In this document: positions 44,661-56,700 of the stretch, piece by piece
Layout: every line of letters starts with the position of its first letter
Position numbering within the stretch: position 1 is the first letter of the stretch
Assembly: GCA_002811645.1 (NCBI GenBank)
Contig: PDIP01000073.1
Coordinates: 1-64,000 of the forward strand
Direction: 5' to 3'
DNA: 64,000 bases
From: Corallochytrium limacisporum Hawaii
Lineage: Eukaryota; Protista; Pluriformea
Notes under the pieces: generated by a model
Told to the model about the DNA's origin: nothing
Seen by the model: the letters and a program-made list of their open reading frames with translations, nothing else
Database searches by the model: none
Program-made: the position numbers and the translations under genes

Positions 44661-46616
44661 GGTTGCTGTGTTGTTTCGATTCTGTATACAAAGGACAGCG
44701 GTTTTACACAACCCCCGTCTACCCGACTATAAGAATCCAATTGATCTCAACGATGGTGTAACTGGTCGGAAACCATCATCTGTATGATACGGTGCTTGAT
44801 CGACTCTTGTACCTATAGAATGGATCAGATCATAGTGCTTATTTCAGAGTCCCATTGCCATCAAGTGTCAACGCCTATGGGCGACTACCAGAAACACGTT
44901 CCAATCGGTTGTGCGCAAGGGGATGTCATGAAGCTCTACTCGAAACAAGTGGATCAGAGGTTTCCACCATACCCAAACACGCTTCAGCCACCAGTCAACA
45001 AAGTACACCCCAGAGCTGAGTTGGCACTGTGATCTATGTGTTGTGTTTTCACTTTCAATTCCCTCAGAGGGTGTGTGTGTCTAACTAACACGTTCATGTG
45101 CACCAGCACCGAAAGGTGATCTATGTTTTCAAACGCCAAGCTGAGAACCCGGAGGCCGACACTTGAGAGAGGGACACATTCAACTGTGGGTCAGAACCCC
45201 ACCTGGGACCGGTGCGTCATCAACGGCAGAACTCTGCCCCTGTGTTACGCCTTTGTCATTTCGGAAAGCTCACACTCCCAGTCCACTCTCCCCCCCCCCC
45301 GCGGGGCAAACAGCAACCAAAATAAAGCAAAAAAAAAAGGGAGCCGGGGGGGGGGCCAAAGCGAGGTAAAATTGCTCAAAAGAAAACCTCTTCTTTTCCC
45401 ATGGCCCGTACAGAGACGGCTTGACAGGAAGACCGTTGGGGCACACACACTCACACAGCCCATTAAACCAGCCACCACCACCACGACCACCGCTGGCTGG
45501 CTGTTGGCTTAATATCCAAGTCAACACTGTCTCGTTCCTCCTTGCACACACACACACACACACTTCCGATGGCGAGTCACATACACCAGTGCCAGCCAGT
45601 GCTTGCGGGGCCCGTGATACACCACCCCTCCCTACTCTCAACGAATGAGTCAACCCAAAGGGGCCCCTCTGGCACAGGTGTGTAAGGCCGGAGCACCAAA
45701 AACATAATATAAGTCAAAACGGGCGGGTGATTGAGTTTGCCCCCCTCCCTACCTCCCTCCCTTCGTCCCGACTTCCCACAGTCAGACCATTCCCGGTTTT
45801 CTTTACCTATTTTTGTTTTTTTTTCTTTCTTTGGTGTTTGTAAAACTTGCCGGTGGGCTCTGTTGTTGTTGTTTTGACTTCCCTATTGCCCCGGTTCTCA
45901 CTCAAACGGCACCTGGTACGGGATCTCACGACTCCCGTTGCCTTTGTGTGAATGGGCACACACACACACACGCAGGGAGGAGGGGGAGGGGGGCAGCAGC
46001 CTTTGGGGAAGACCCGGAAGCCTTTCCACTGAAGGTGGGGATTCCAATAAATAACAAAGAAAACAACAAAAAAGAGAAATGAAAGGAAAATTGGAGAAGG
46101 ACCCAGGACACCGGGAGTGGGGGAGGGAGGGACCACGGGACCCAGGCAAACAAAATAAAAAGAAGGAACCAAAGTTGAAAATGAAAATAAGAATAAAAGA
46201 CAGGGACTCTCCCAGTTGGGGTAGAGTAGTCCAGATCAGATCGCTCGTGTATCACCCAAAAGCAGACGGAGCCTTCTTGCCGATAGATACGATGGGAGAG
46301 GGGCCCGCCGAGTTTACTGATTTGGGCAGGAAAAAAGGGAAGGGAGGGGGGGGGTTGGTTCGTGAGGGCCAGGTATATTTTACTATGACGGTCAAGTGCC
46401 CGGTGATTTTCCAGGAGAGCCAAAAAGTGTTTGTTATGGCCCCCCCCCGGGGGGTTTTTGTGGCGCAGAAGGAAATAACGGAAGACCTCGTTCAATGAAT
46501 TCAGCCACCGCGGACGCAGTGCCCGGATGCGATGCAAGACCGAGAGCCGGTCTCTGATGGGCGGGATTGGAGTGGGCAGATGTAGTAAGATGTCTATGTC
46601 CTTTACTATGGTTTGG

Positions 46617-47552
46617 TTATAACAGGTCTTCAAGCCACTGTTTCATGTAGATGCAGGTGCGTGGATTGACCAGACCGTCCGGAGAGCAGTCCTTGGCAAC
46701 TGGACAGACCCCACAGGGCACGCTTAGGGTGCTATCCACCGGGTGTGTGGTGGCGTGGAACCTGTAGAGCCGTGTTGTGTCCGCACCGCGCGCCGCTTGT
46801 ATGCGCAGTGGATGGCTAGGCGGACAACCCGTTGGAATACCACTCACAATCATGGCCCGACGATCGTATACCAGTGTATCCAAAATGCTGCGCACATCGT
46901 CATTTGACAAAGGCACTGTTGAGATACCAATTTGCGCTATGCGGTCCTTAACTTCGTCAATAGTGCACAGACAGTCTAACAGTTCGCCAAAGACATCACC
47001 CGTCTTCGCTTCTTGGGACCGCTCCTTCAAGTATTCGGCCACTGTGTCCTGCAGAATGGCAACAAATTCGCTCTCGAATTCCTGATCCGAGTACCACGTT
47101 CCACCGGTAAGCGAGCGATCGGGGGTAAGCTCGTACAGCATGTACATTTTCTTTTTCGAACTGACCGCGTTCACAGCTTTAACCAGTTTCTTCGATTCCA
47201 ACAGCTTTAGGGCCTTATTCATTTGCGTACGCTGCATGTTGGCTTGGCGCATGAGATCACGGGTCCACACACCCTGTGTGCCATGCTGCTGAATGATCTG
47301 ATACAAGAGGCGCTCTTCATGACCCAGTTCATCGAGTCGACGGTCTTCCGCAGTTCTAAGTTGATATGCCACAAATTTACTGTTGGGAATCTTTGTGAGT
47401 TTGATTTCTCCCTTATTCAGTAAACTGTTTAGTGCTTCTGCCCTCTCTGTCTGCGAAAAGTCCTTCAGGTGGACAGCCAGGTCCTCGTTGGTGATCTTTC
47501 CATTGGCTGCCTGCCTCATGGAGGCCAGCAGAATTTGTTCTGCGTCCCCCAT
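46617..47552 (-). CDS. POLR3F: RNA polymerase III subunit RPC6/C34
   Basis: Winged-helix region GVWTRDL...KKMYMLYELTPDRSLTGGTWY; C-terminal 4-Cys motif PCGVCPV..C......PRTCIYM..W; candidate 61-nt 5'UTR intron at 47555-47615 (GTAAGA...GCAG) ending 2 nt before the ATG. Confidence 0.93.
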   Translation of the reverse strand: MGDAEQILLASMRQAANGKITNEDLAVHLKDFSQTERAEALNSLLNKGEIKLTKIPNSKFVAYQLRTAEDRRLDELGHEERLLYQIIQQHGTQGVWTRDLMRQANMQRTQMNKALKLLESKKLVKAVNAVSSKKKMYMLYELTPDRSLTGGTWYSDQEFESEFVAILQDTVAEYLKERSQEAKTGDVFGELLDCLCTIDEVKDRIAQIGISTVPLSNDDVRSILDTLVYDRRAMIVSGIPTGCPPSHPLRIQAARGADTTRLYRFHATTHPVDSTLSVPCGVCPVAKDCSPDGLVNPRTCIYMKQWLEDLL

Positions 47553-48740
47553 GACTGCGTGAATCCGTAACTTTGTGTTTCAAACGATAACCACAATGTG
47601 GTCACGGTATCTTACATGACCAAGCTTGCTTCTACGACGTCTGACTTCGCCATAGTTTGTCGAGTGGCTCTCGCTCAGATCCTCCGGTCGAACATGTGAT
47701 TTCTTTTGCATAGGCAACATGCGGTTTCTCACTCTAGTCAATGCAATTCCACAAATTTATGTACCATTTGAAGAGAAAGCGTATAAATATGATGTATTCT
47801 AAAGTCAAAAGGTTGGCAGACGCCTGCAGGACCAGTTGCCTAATCGGCCCGCTTCAGAAGACAAACAGCCAGCAGCGCATAGGGATGCAGCACCGGGGAG
47901 ACCCGCCTTGTGGGCCCCCTCCCTCTCCCGCCCCACGAGGCTGGAAAACTAGGAGAAAAATGGGCGCCCTTCCAGCACAGGATGTAATTGCCTGCAGCAG
48001 CGAGATCCGTGCTCCCATAGAATGATCGGGAAACCGAAAACAGGAGCATCGTGGCATTCATAGAGATGTAGATGGATGCTTGTGGACCATAACACACTGC
48101 AAACTCAGCAGCAGCCAGACCGATCGGAAGAGGAACCTAGCATGGAGCGCAAGAATATTAGTTTCTAGAAAGTGATGATAAGGTGAGAAGGAAGATGGGG
48201 CGAGAAGAAATGAGTGAGAGTAAGATATTCACAGATAATCTGGGGATATACCCCCCCAATAGTACGACATGCTGCATGGAGATATTGCTTCCGCCGAGTG
48301 GAGATGGGATTGGGGCACACACACACTATACCGTGCACATTGTTCTCTGGCATGGGTCTGGGATTCCACACCGGAGTTTACTTAGGCCGGATCTTGATTC
48401 TTAAGGAAAAAGCTTCCTGGTTTTCACACAAACACCTAAGGCGTCCTGAAATAGTCGCATGAGGTCAAAATTAAGAACGAAATCTAAGTTGACGTCCCTT
48501 GTTGCGCACACACGCCCGCGCTTGCTAAGCTTCTAAGGCCCCTGGAGCAGCTGCCGGCCACCGCCCCCCCCCCAGCCCAGCGGCGGGAGCGGGCCAGCCG
48601 CGACTGTGGAAGTATTGCCCGGTCTTGGCTCCAGCAGCCACGGGGACCAACGCCGCTTGTGGTGGAGGGGGGGGGCCGGGAACGGAGCGAGCGAGCCGTC
48701 CCCTACCCGGGCGGGGAAGGTGGGCGGTGAGACCTTTGGG

Positions 48741-49080
48741 NNNNNNNNNNNNNNNNNNNNNNNNNNNNNNNNNNNNNNNNNNNNNNNNNNNNNNNNNNNN
48801 NNNNNNNNNNNNNNNNNNNNNNNNNNNNNNNNNNNNNNNNNNNNNNNNNNNNNNNNNNNNNNNNNNNNNNNNNNNNNNNNNNNNNNNNNNNNNNNNNNNN
48901 NNNNNNNNNNNNNNNNNNNNNNNNNNNNNNNNNNNNNNNNNNNNNNNNNNNNNNNNNNNNNNNNNNNNNNNNNNNNNNNNNNNNNNNNNNNNNNNNNNNN
49001 NNNNNNNNNNNNNNNNNNNNNNNNNNNNNNNNNNNNNNNNNNNNNNNNNNNNNNNNNNNNNNNNNNNNNNNNNNNNNNNN
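48741..49080. other. Assembly gap (N run)
   Basis: 340 N, flanked by G/C homopolymer-rich sequence. Confidence 1.
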
Positions 49081-50000
49081 CCCCCAAACTCTCCCCGGGG
49101 AGAGCCTTGGGTGAAGCACCGCAGGCAAAGAACGAGTGGCTTTTTTGTCACATCCCTAGAAAATGTACGGACGTACGTACTGGGTCTACACCTCCACCCG
49201 TCCTTTTCCCCTCCCCCCTCTCTTCCGAAGCCCTCCCTCTCTCTGTTCACCCTGTCCCCCCCCCCCCCCGCTGTCGCAGAACGCCAAAACTTCCCGGTGG
49301 CGGCTACTGCGGCGAGTTTTTTTTTTTCGTCTTTTTCTTCTCTGTGTGGTGTCCTCTGGTGTTTTGTGGTGTTACTTCTCCTCGCTACGCTGCCGTCTTG
49401 TGTCTCTCCCGTACGCCTCGCTTCCCCAACTTTTGCCAAGGATCTGTCTTTATCCCCTACTGTCCGTCCTTGCTCGCTCCCTTAAATTAGGAGCCGCCAA
49501 CAAGGTCCTCATTCTCCGCCATTCTTTTACTATGGCGTGTGGCAAACGGCCGACAGACAACCGTCCTGCTCCGATGCACGAAAGATTTTTTATTTGGAGG
49601 GGGGGGGGAGAGGTTGTCCCCCCGCAGCTCACGGGGGGAGGCTGATGACCTGACTGGGAGTGGATGGCTGATGACGACGATGATGAGGTGGGTTTCTTGG
49701 ATGTGCCTGTTTATTTGTTTTGAGATTCGGGAAGTTCTTGGTACCAATGACAGGTGGGAGTAGATTCATTCAATCATCGCGCAGAAATATTCCCAGGTAT
49801 ATCAGAGCGGTGCTGTCTGCGATGATTTGAGCGATGGTATCGGGAGTGCAAGGCTTTGCAACAAGATCTGTCAGCAAACTTTTTGAGACGTGACCGTGTG
49901 ATCACTGCATTATCGTCCAGGAATTGAAGGGAAGGCGCCAACTTGTGCACATCAAATCGAGACAAGTGATCCTTCAGGTAAGTAACATTCATCGCCCGCA

Positions 50001-50576
50001 ATGCCAGGGATCGCAGCGAGCGATATCAAGACTGTGGCGCAGTTGATGAACATCAACACCAGCCGGGCTGTCGCTTCGAAGCTGTGCGTGTGGCAGGGAG
50101 ACATCACTAAACTTCAGGTCGATGCCATTGTTAATGCGGCGAACAATAGCCTACGGGGTGGGGGTGGCGTCGATGGAGCCATCCACCGCGCAGCAGGCCC
50201 GGATCTGTTGAAGGAGTGCGTGACCCTTAACGGCTGTGATACTGGTCATGCCAAGATCACCGGTGCGTACAACTTGCCAGCTCGTTGTGTGATCCATACC
50301 GTCGGACCCGTCGGTGAACAGCCTGAGCTGCTCCAAAGCTGCTATGAAACCTGTCTGAACATTGCGGCTTCACGACAGCTGCACTCCATCGCGTTCCCTT
50401 CGATCTCCACAGGGGTCTATGGGTACCCAATCCAGGCTGCAACGCGGGTGGCAATCCGGACTGTGATGAGCTGGTTAGAGGAGAACAAGGGAGCGAGCGT
50501 TGACCAGGTTATCTTCTGCGTGTTTAGCGATCGGGACCGTATGGTGTACGAGGAAGAGATCGAAAGAACTCTCTGA
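50001..50576 (+). CDS. MacroD-type macrodomain ADP-ribose glycohydrolase (MACROD1/2-like)
   Basis: WQGDITKL.VDAIVNAAN.SL.GGGGVDGAIHRAAG, VIHTVGP and IAFPSISTGVYGYP motifs; true start may be 50046 if 49978-50016 is an intron. Confidence 0.93.
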   Translation: MPGIAASDIKTVAQLMNINTSRAVASKLCVWQGDITKLQVDAIVNAANNSLRGGGGVDGAIHRAAGPDLLKECVTLNGCDTGHAKITGAYNLPARCVIHTVGPVGEQPELLQSCYETCLNIAASRQLHSIAFPSISTGVYGYPIQAATRVAIRTVMSWLEENKGASVDQVIFCVFSDRDRMVYEEEIERTL

Positions 50577-50713
50577 AAGGGTCTGGGCCATCTCATCTCC
50601 TTGCATTGGGCATCAAGTTCTCCTCCACTGTTGTTCCATACTTGTATTGTAATGAGTTTTTAATTTAGTTTTATTGTTAGATGATATTATACACATACAA
50701 AATCAAATTGTCT

Positions 50714-53700
50714 TCATCGCCTGGGTCTGATGCCATGGCGCAGGGCAAGCTTGTCACAATTTTCAACCAGAGCCAAGTTGCCATCCTTACGTGCTGCCTG
50801 ACGTACGAGGTTGATGGCTTCCTCAGTGTGAAGCCGTTCTTTACAGATCAAGAATGCATCTCGCATATTCTTGACAGCAATGGCCGCCTCCAGTTGGGCC
50901 TGCGGTTCGCGGATGTACACTGTGAAGTAGCGAGCAAGACGCTGCCTCTTTGTAATGTTATCAGCCATAAGATGCCTGATCGCACTCAGCACTGCCTTGT
51001 CGACGAAATCCGTGTTCCGCCCATTGTCAAAGAAATGGATGAGTAAATTGCTGAGCGCATCCAAGTCTCGGCTCAGATCGAAGGAGAGGATGGTGGACAC
51101 GACAACATCCTCCATGCTCATGCCGTAGATTTCTACCACTTCAGTAGCAAGATTGTACTCGCACAGTTTGAGTAGGTGGATGCAAGCACGGTGCCTGCCA
51201 CTTTCACGGTCAAGAATGATCGGTGCATTACTCTCCGCAGATCTGCCGCCGCCATAGGGTTTGACGCGCGAACTGCCCACGACCATCCGTGCCAACCGAT
51301 TGGCGAGTGAGCTGCGTTCCGAAACCCCTTGCGAAGTTTCTGCTTGCACACGAGAGCGGCGGAAGTGGACACCATGCGAACTTTGCGGATTCCACATCGG
51401 GCTGACATCGCAGATTCGGAGCTGCAGGTCGGTCACTGCCAGCATGTGTTCTATGGATTCATCATCATTCTGACCTGCCAAATCCTCTGTCGCGGAGATG
51501 AGGCCAGGAGCAGCTTCAAGCATCCGCTTGGAGCGTAAGCTATCCAGAAAAGATCTGCCCTCGCGAAGTTGCAGAATGCGGTCGTAGTGCGTAAGATCGA
51601 TGCGCAAAAATGTGTCAATAGATGCCTCAAAGGCCTTGACATGGTCACCGCAAGTCATGCTGAGTACCATGGCCACAGTGCTCAATCCAGTAGAGCGACA
51701 GGTGTGCGCCAGCTTCCGCAACGTTGACATTGTGGACCCGTATGCTACAGTCGACTGCTCAATGAATGCCAAAAACTCCCAGATGCTATCTCGACGAAGC
51801 AGGTGCTGTAGTGCCGCGAAGTTGGTCTCATCGTCTTTGCAGATGGACAACTCTACGGCAAGTTTGTCCCAACATTTCCAGTCAATGATGGTCTTCATCA
51901 AGGTTAGTGTATCAGCAATGCGACGCATGTACAGCACGACTTGGTCAATATATGTATCCGCGTGGCCAACCTGCAAGTCCAGGAAGAATGCGACCCCCAA
52001 CTCCTCCATAATCCTGGTTGATGGCAAGAACTCCGAGACGTCCAGGTTCTGGGCTTCGATTTGGTCCATGGCCCGATCAAAGAAGAAAAAGGCTTCGTCC
52101 AGAGCCCGGACACGAAGAGCCTGCAGGAAACGCTGACTGTCCATCTGTGGTCCGTCGGCGGCCATATCATGCATGAGTCGCCGAATCCGGGTACAGACAT
52201 TGTGCCGTACATCGTGCTGAATTGCGTTGTCCAGCGCTCGCTGCAGTCCATCATTGGTTGGTGACAACAAATCGCGAAGACAGAGGCCTGTATCAGGACC
52301 ATATTCTGTCTCAATGTCGAAGAGAATATCTAGCCGTGTCTTCAAAGCGTTGAATTTCTTGTCCTGTTCCGACAGTTTGCTTGTGCCCTCAGCCACAATT
52401 GTGGCGCTAAAGTCGTGCATTAGCTCCAAAAGGTCACTGCGATTCAACTGTCGCCCATGGGTACGACGCCGCGGGATCTGAAGGCTCGGCTGACGCGGAA
52501 AATTATCGATGGCAAAGATGCGCAAAATATTGGATTGTCCGATACAGTGAAGTACGTTTGCCAATTGCAGGAACATTCGGCGGGTAGGCATCCATCGAGA
52601 AAAATATTTGTCCTTGGTAACCTTGTCAATCCCTGCAACACCTGTGAAGAACCACAGGTCGAAGTCCTCATCAACGGCTTTGCTCGCGTCGATTTCAATG
52701 CGGAAAGGATCATGATCCTTGAAGTTTATGGCGAACAAGTCATCCGCTAAGTCCATAAGGCGACAGTCGACCGCTTGCTGGGTCTCAGTAGCAGTCTTTC
52801 TTATTGGCAAGCTGGATCCACCCTGGCTATTGTCCGCGGTGGCCAGACAGTACGCACAGTAGGCATGCAGCGGCAAGGTCTTGGCCGCACCACTGCTGTG
52901 ATCACCTTGCAGGCAGACCTCACAGAGGGGCATTTCACACTCTCTGCAAGTATAGCCGTCCGCATTCAAAACACAGGACCTCCTGCAGTTGATACAACTG
53001 TCCTGAGGACTGCGATAAATCGCCATCAGATTGCTTCCCGCGATTGAATCCCCGAGGACCCGTTGGACGGACGCAATCCGCGTTTGACTGTAAACTCGAC
53101 GTCTCTGAAGCCAGCTGGAAGACTCAGCAGGAATGCCGAGAATATGATTCGCAATCTTGTGTACAGATCCAGATTCACTATCGCCTGTGATGAAAGAGTC
53201 CCAGCACCTCTTAAGCATCATGAAGATCTCATCGATAATGTGGACCTTAAGGTCTGGATGGGCAGCCAGTAGTTGCAAGACATCCGCAAATCGTCCATTG
53301 TACACAAGGAAATCAGCAACTGTGTCATGACGCAGGTAGACACCTAAGAGTCCTAATGAAGGCAGATCTCTCAAGTATTCCATACACCATTGAGCCATTT
53401 CCGCTGCTTTCAAAACCTTCTTGACACCACTCACTTGTCTGCCATCTTCCAATGTACCAGATAGCAGCAGATGACGCGAGATCTCCGCACGCTTATGGTG
53501 TTCTGTAGTCTCAATAAGACACATAACGGACATCTCTAAGATCTCCTTCGTCGACGCAGATGACAACAACCGATTCCACCTGGCATAGGCGTTCTCAGAA
53601 TGCAACAATTGTCGCGCAGTCAACGCATCTAGAAGAGGCTTAATGGCAGCTCTTGTTGGGTCAATGGAAACATCTAGAGCCATCCATCGCTGAAGGGTTT

Positions 53701-56700
53701 CTCCATAGCCTGCAGCAATCAGCTGACATCCGAGTTCTCGAGCTATCCTCGGTGATTGTTGCCAGATATCCAAGAAGAACACGCCAGGCTTTGGATTGGT
53801 GTCCTCTAGGCCTTGCAATGCTTGATCTTCCACTACAATACGATCCAGAACATTAATCAATGGTTCTCCGGTGACATCCCAATCAAGTATCTCCATCAGT
53901 GCACGGTACATGTCCTTATTCTGCCGAATTTCACTGGTGCGTGGCATGTCATCCAAAGTACCCGCCAATGCCTTTTCGGCGGCGTAGTGCTTTGTCCGTG
54001 CCTTCAGTAACGCGACTCGCCACAACGAATCTCCTGGCGCAAGCTCATCAAATACAGTCATCAGCAGCTCTTCGTTCGGTGCATCATCCAGGTTCGACGC
54101 CTTCCAAAACACTAGTGCCGCCTCCGCCTTTCCCAGTTCCGCCTCATAGGCAATGATGGAGCGCTGAAGGCGGTCCGTGACCAGACCGACACTATCTGCC
54201 AACCAAAAAGCACCGTTGGGGGCAATAGATGCCGGCCATACCAGTCGCTCATCAATACGATAATGGTCTCTGCCATATCTATGAACATACAAATGTGCCT
54301 GACTGACATAACGTGTCATAGTACTGCCAGGACTGACAACCGATGCAAATTCAGCTATAGCCTCGTTGTATGTGAGGTCCTCACGATTCAGCGATAGGGT
54401 TGCCAAATCAAAGAAGCGACCCAGATCTTCGCTGCGAGACCTCAGTACGTGAAGAGCCCTCTGTCTTTCGTTCATGGACACGCTTACAGGGCTCCAGGCA
54501 TTGAACGCTTCGGGATATGCTGTGGAAGGTACATTCTCAATATCGTCCAGTGATAAAGCGGACGCAGTAATAGGAATATCATTGATGGCATGACATGAAT
54601 GGGTCCAGCGAAGTCTGAGAGGCCGATTCAATTCACGCACCAGTTTTAGGGCTGCGGCCATATCTGAGTTAGGGACGAGACGTTCCACAAAGAGAATCAA
54701 ATCTCTGATGTCATCTGAAGACGTAATGTCTTGGCGACTGCTCCACAGTACACGGGGCAAAGCAATGTCGGCCCTGCCCATGTCTACAAAGAAGAATCCT
54801 CTTTGTCGGGGGTTGGCAAACTTTGTACTGACGCGGACAGTACGCGTAAGGTAGAGCTTGGCGTTGTCACTAAGCTGATCCCTTAAGGTCGAGCTCTCAT
54901 ACAGGCGCAGGGGCGGTGCATCCAAGCAGCCAAAGTTGAGAGCGAAGCTCAAGAGCGGATAGGCTGAGTCAATCGCGTACCTGCGAAGGAGAGCAGCTCG
55001 TTTCGGTTGACTGCTTCTGTCAACAGAGGTCATGCCGTACAACAGCGGCACACGCATGTTGATACGCAGGAGGTAGACATCGATTTCCCAGGCCGTCAAT
55101 TTTCCCAAACCCGACATTGTGTACCCAGTTGACTGCAAGTAGTCTAAAACTTCCAGACTAGTTACTGGAAGTGTATCTGAGGAAATGTATGCATGTAGCA
55201 TCATGAGAAGGTACAGATTAATGTATGTCGCTGGCCGCTGGCCAGGGCTGAGGACTGACAGATCTACACTTACAAGACCAGCAGTCTTCTGGACAAACAG
55301 CACGTACTCTTGACGCAAGCGGATTCTGCGACGATCCTCTAGACATAGCACTCCGTATCCCTGCGACTCAAGCTCGTCATCGTAGTCAATAAAAGGTTTG
55401 ACCACGTCTAATAGCTCCTGCAGCAGGTCATTGACAAACACTTTTGGATCCAAAGTGCCTGAGTTCTCGAAGGCTTCCCTCACGAGATCTGGATCACTAC
55501 TGTTTAGTGGATCTGTCCAGGACACACGTCCGCGTCCGTGAAGACCACCATGGGAGAGTGCATTCGCTTCCGTGTAATGAACGAGCAAGCTCTCTGCAAT
55601 TACCATCTCCAGTGTTTTGTGCAGCACAGCGGCAACCCGTCGCGCCGTTGCCTCATCTGCCACCACAATAGCCAGTCTCCAAATCTGATCCTCCAGACGT
55701 GTATCCATCATGTCACTGAGAGACTTCGTTGGAGACCCAAAATCGCCTTCATGGCGATTGCTGATATCCTGTATATGTGTCACAAACCTACTGCCAATCG
55801 ACGCAGTTCCGTGTTGAGACTGCCAGTCAAGATCACCAAGGCAAAACGCTAGGGCCTGATCAATCCAAAGAGTGTCCATATCCCCTTCACCAGCAAATAG
55901 TTGAAGTACATGTTGATATCGTTTGATTTCAAGGACATCCATTGACCTTCCCTGTCTTCGCAGAATATCAGCTAGCAGTGTTGGTTTCACACTGACGAAA
56001 GCACTAAAGGAGTCCGGAACGGTTTCGATTGAGTGCAATGCGAGGGCCAGATTAACCACCTTCTGGAGCACAAGGACGCGGTCTGAAATGTCATCGGTGT
56101 CTATCGAAGGCTTACGTGGAGGGCTGACACCAATCGAATCCCGTAGGAAGTCCAATGTGCTCCTTTGGTCCCTTTCCTTGCGAGTAGAGATTTTGCTTAT
56201 GTCTGACACATACTGATTGACCTGGGCTTGGATGATCATGGCCTCTTGTGGTTGCAGTACACCCCGAAAATGCATACCCAATACAGCATCACAAAACTCT
56301 GCAACCGCACCTTTGCGTAAAATGTGCTGAAGAGACTCAAACAGATCATCATCTTTTTCCAGCATGGAGTGCATTTGCAAATGCCGGACGATGCATTCAA
56401 GCTCATCATTCCCAGTGCTTTCTTGAACCAATCGTGTCCACAAGCCTCTGTCCTCGATGGCATCATCCAAGAGATCAGCCCAGGCGAGGGCCTTCAACAA
56501 AATTGGCCACTCTACAGCCAGCTGCAGAGTGCTTGGCAAACTCCGAATGCGTTTTGATACGAAGCTGTGCTCGTCAGGCACGTTGGTGAGAGCGTCCACA
56601 ATCTGTGCTCGTTGCATTATGTCGCGTACGGCACTTTGTAAGGAACGAATGCTCCTGCCCCGAGTATCCACATTCGACGTCTTTGCTTGCCACTGCTCCA

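Noticed and set aside
48525-49490. Long ORFs spanning the N gap (also 15918-16419)
   Set aside because: Artefacts of translating through N runs
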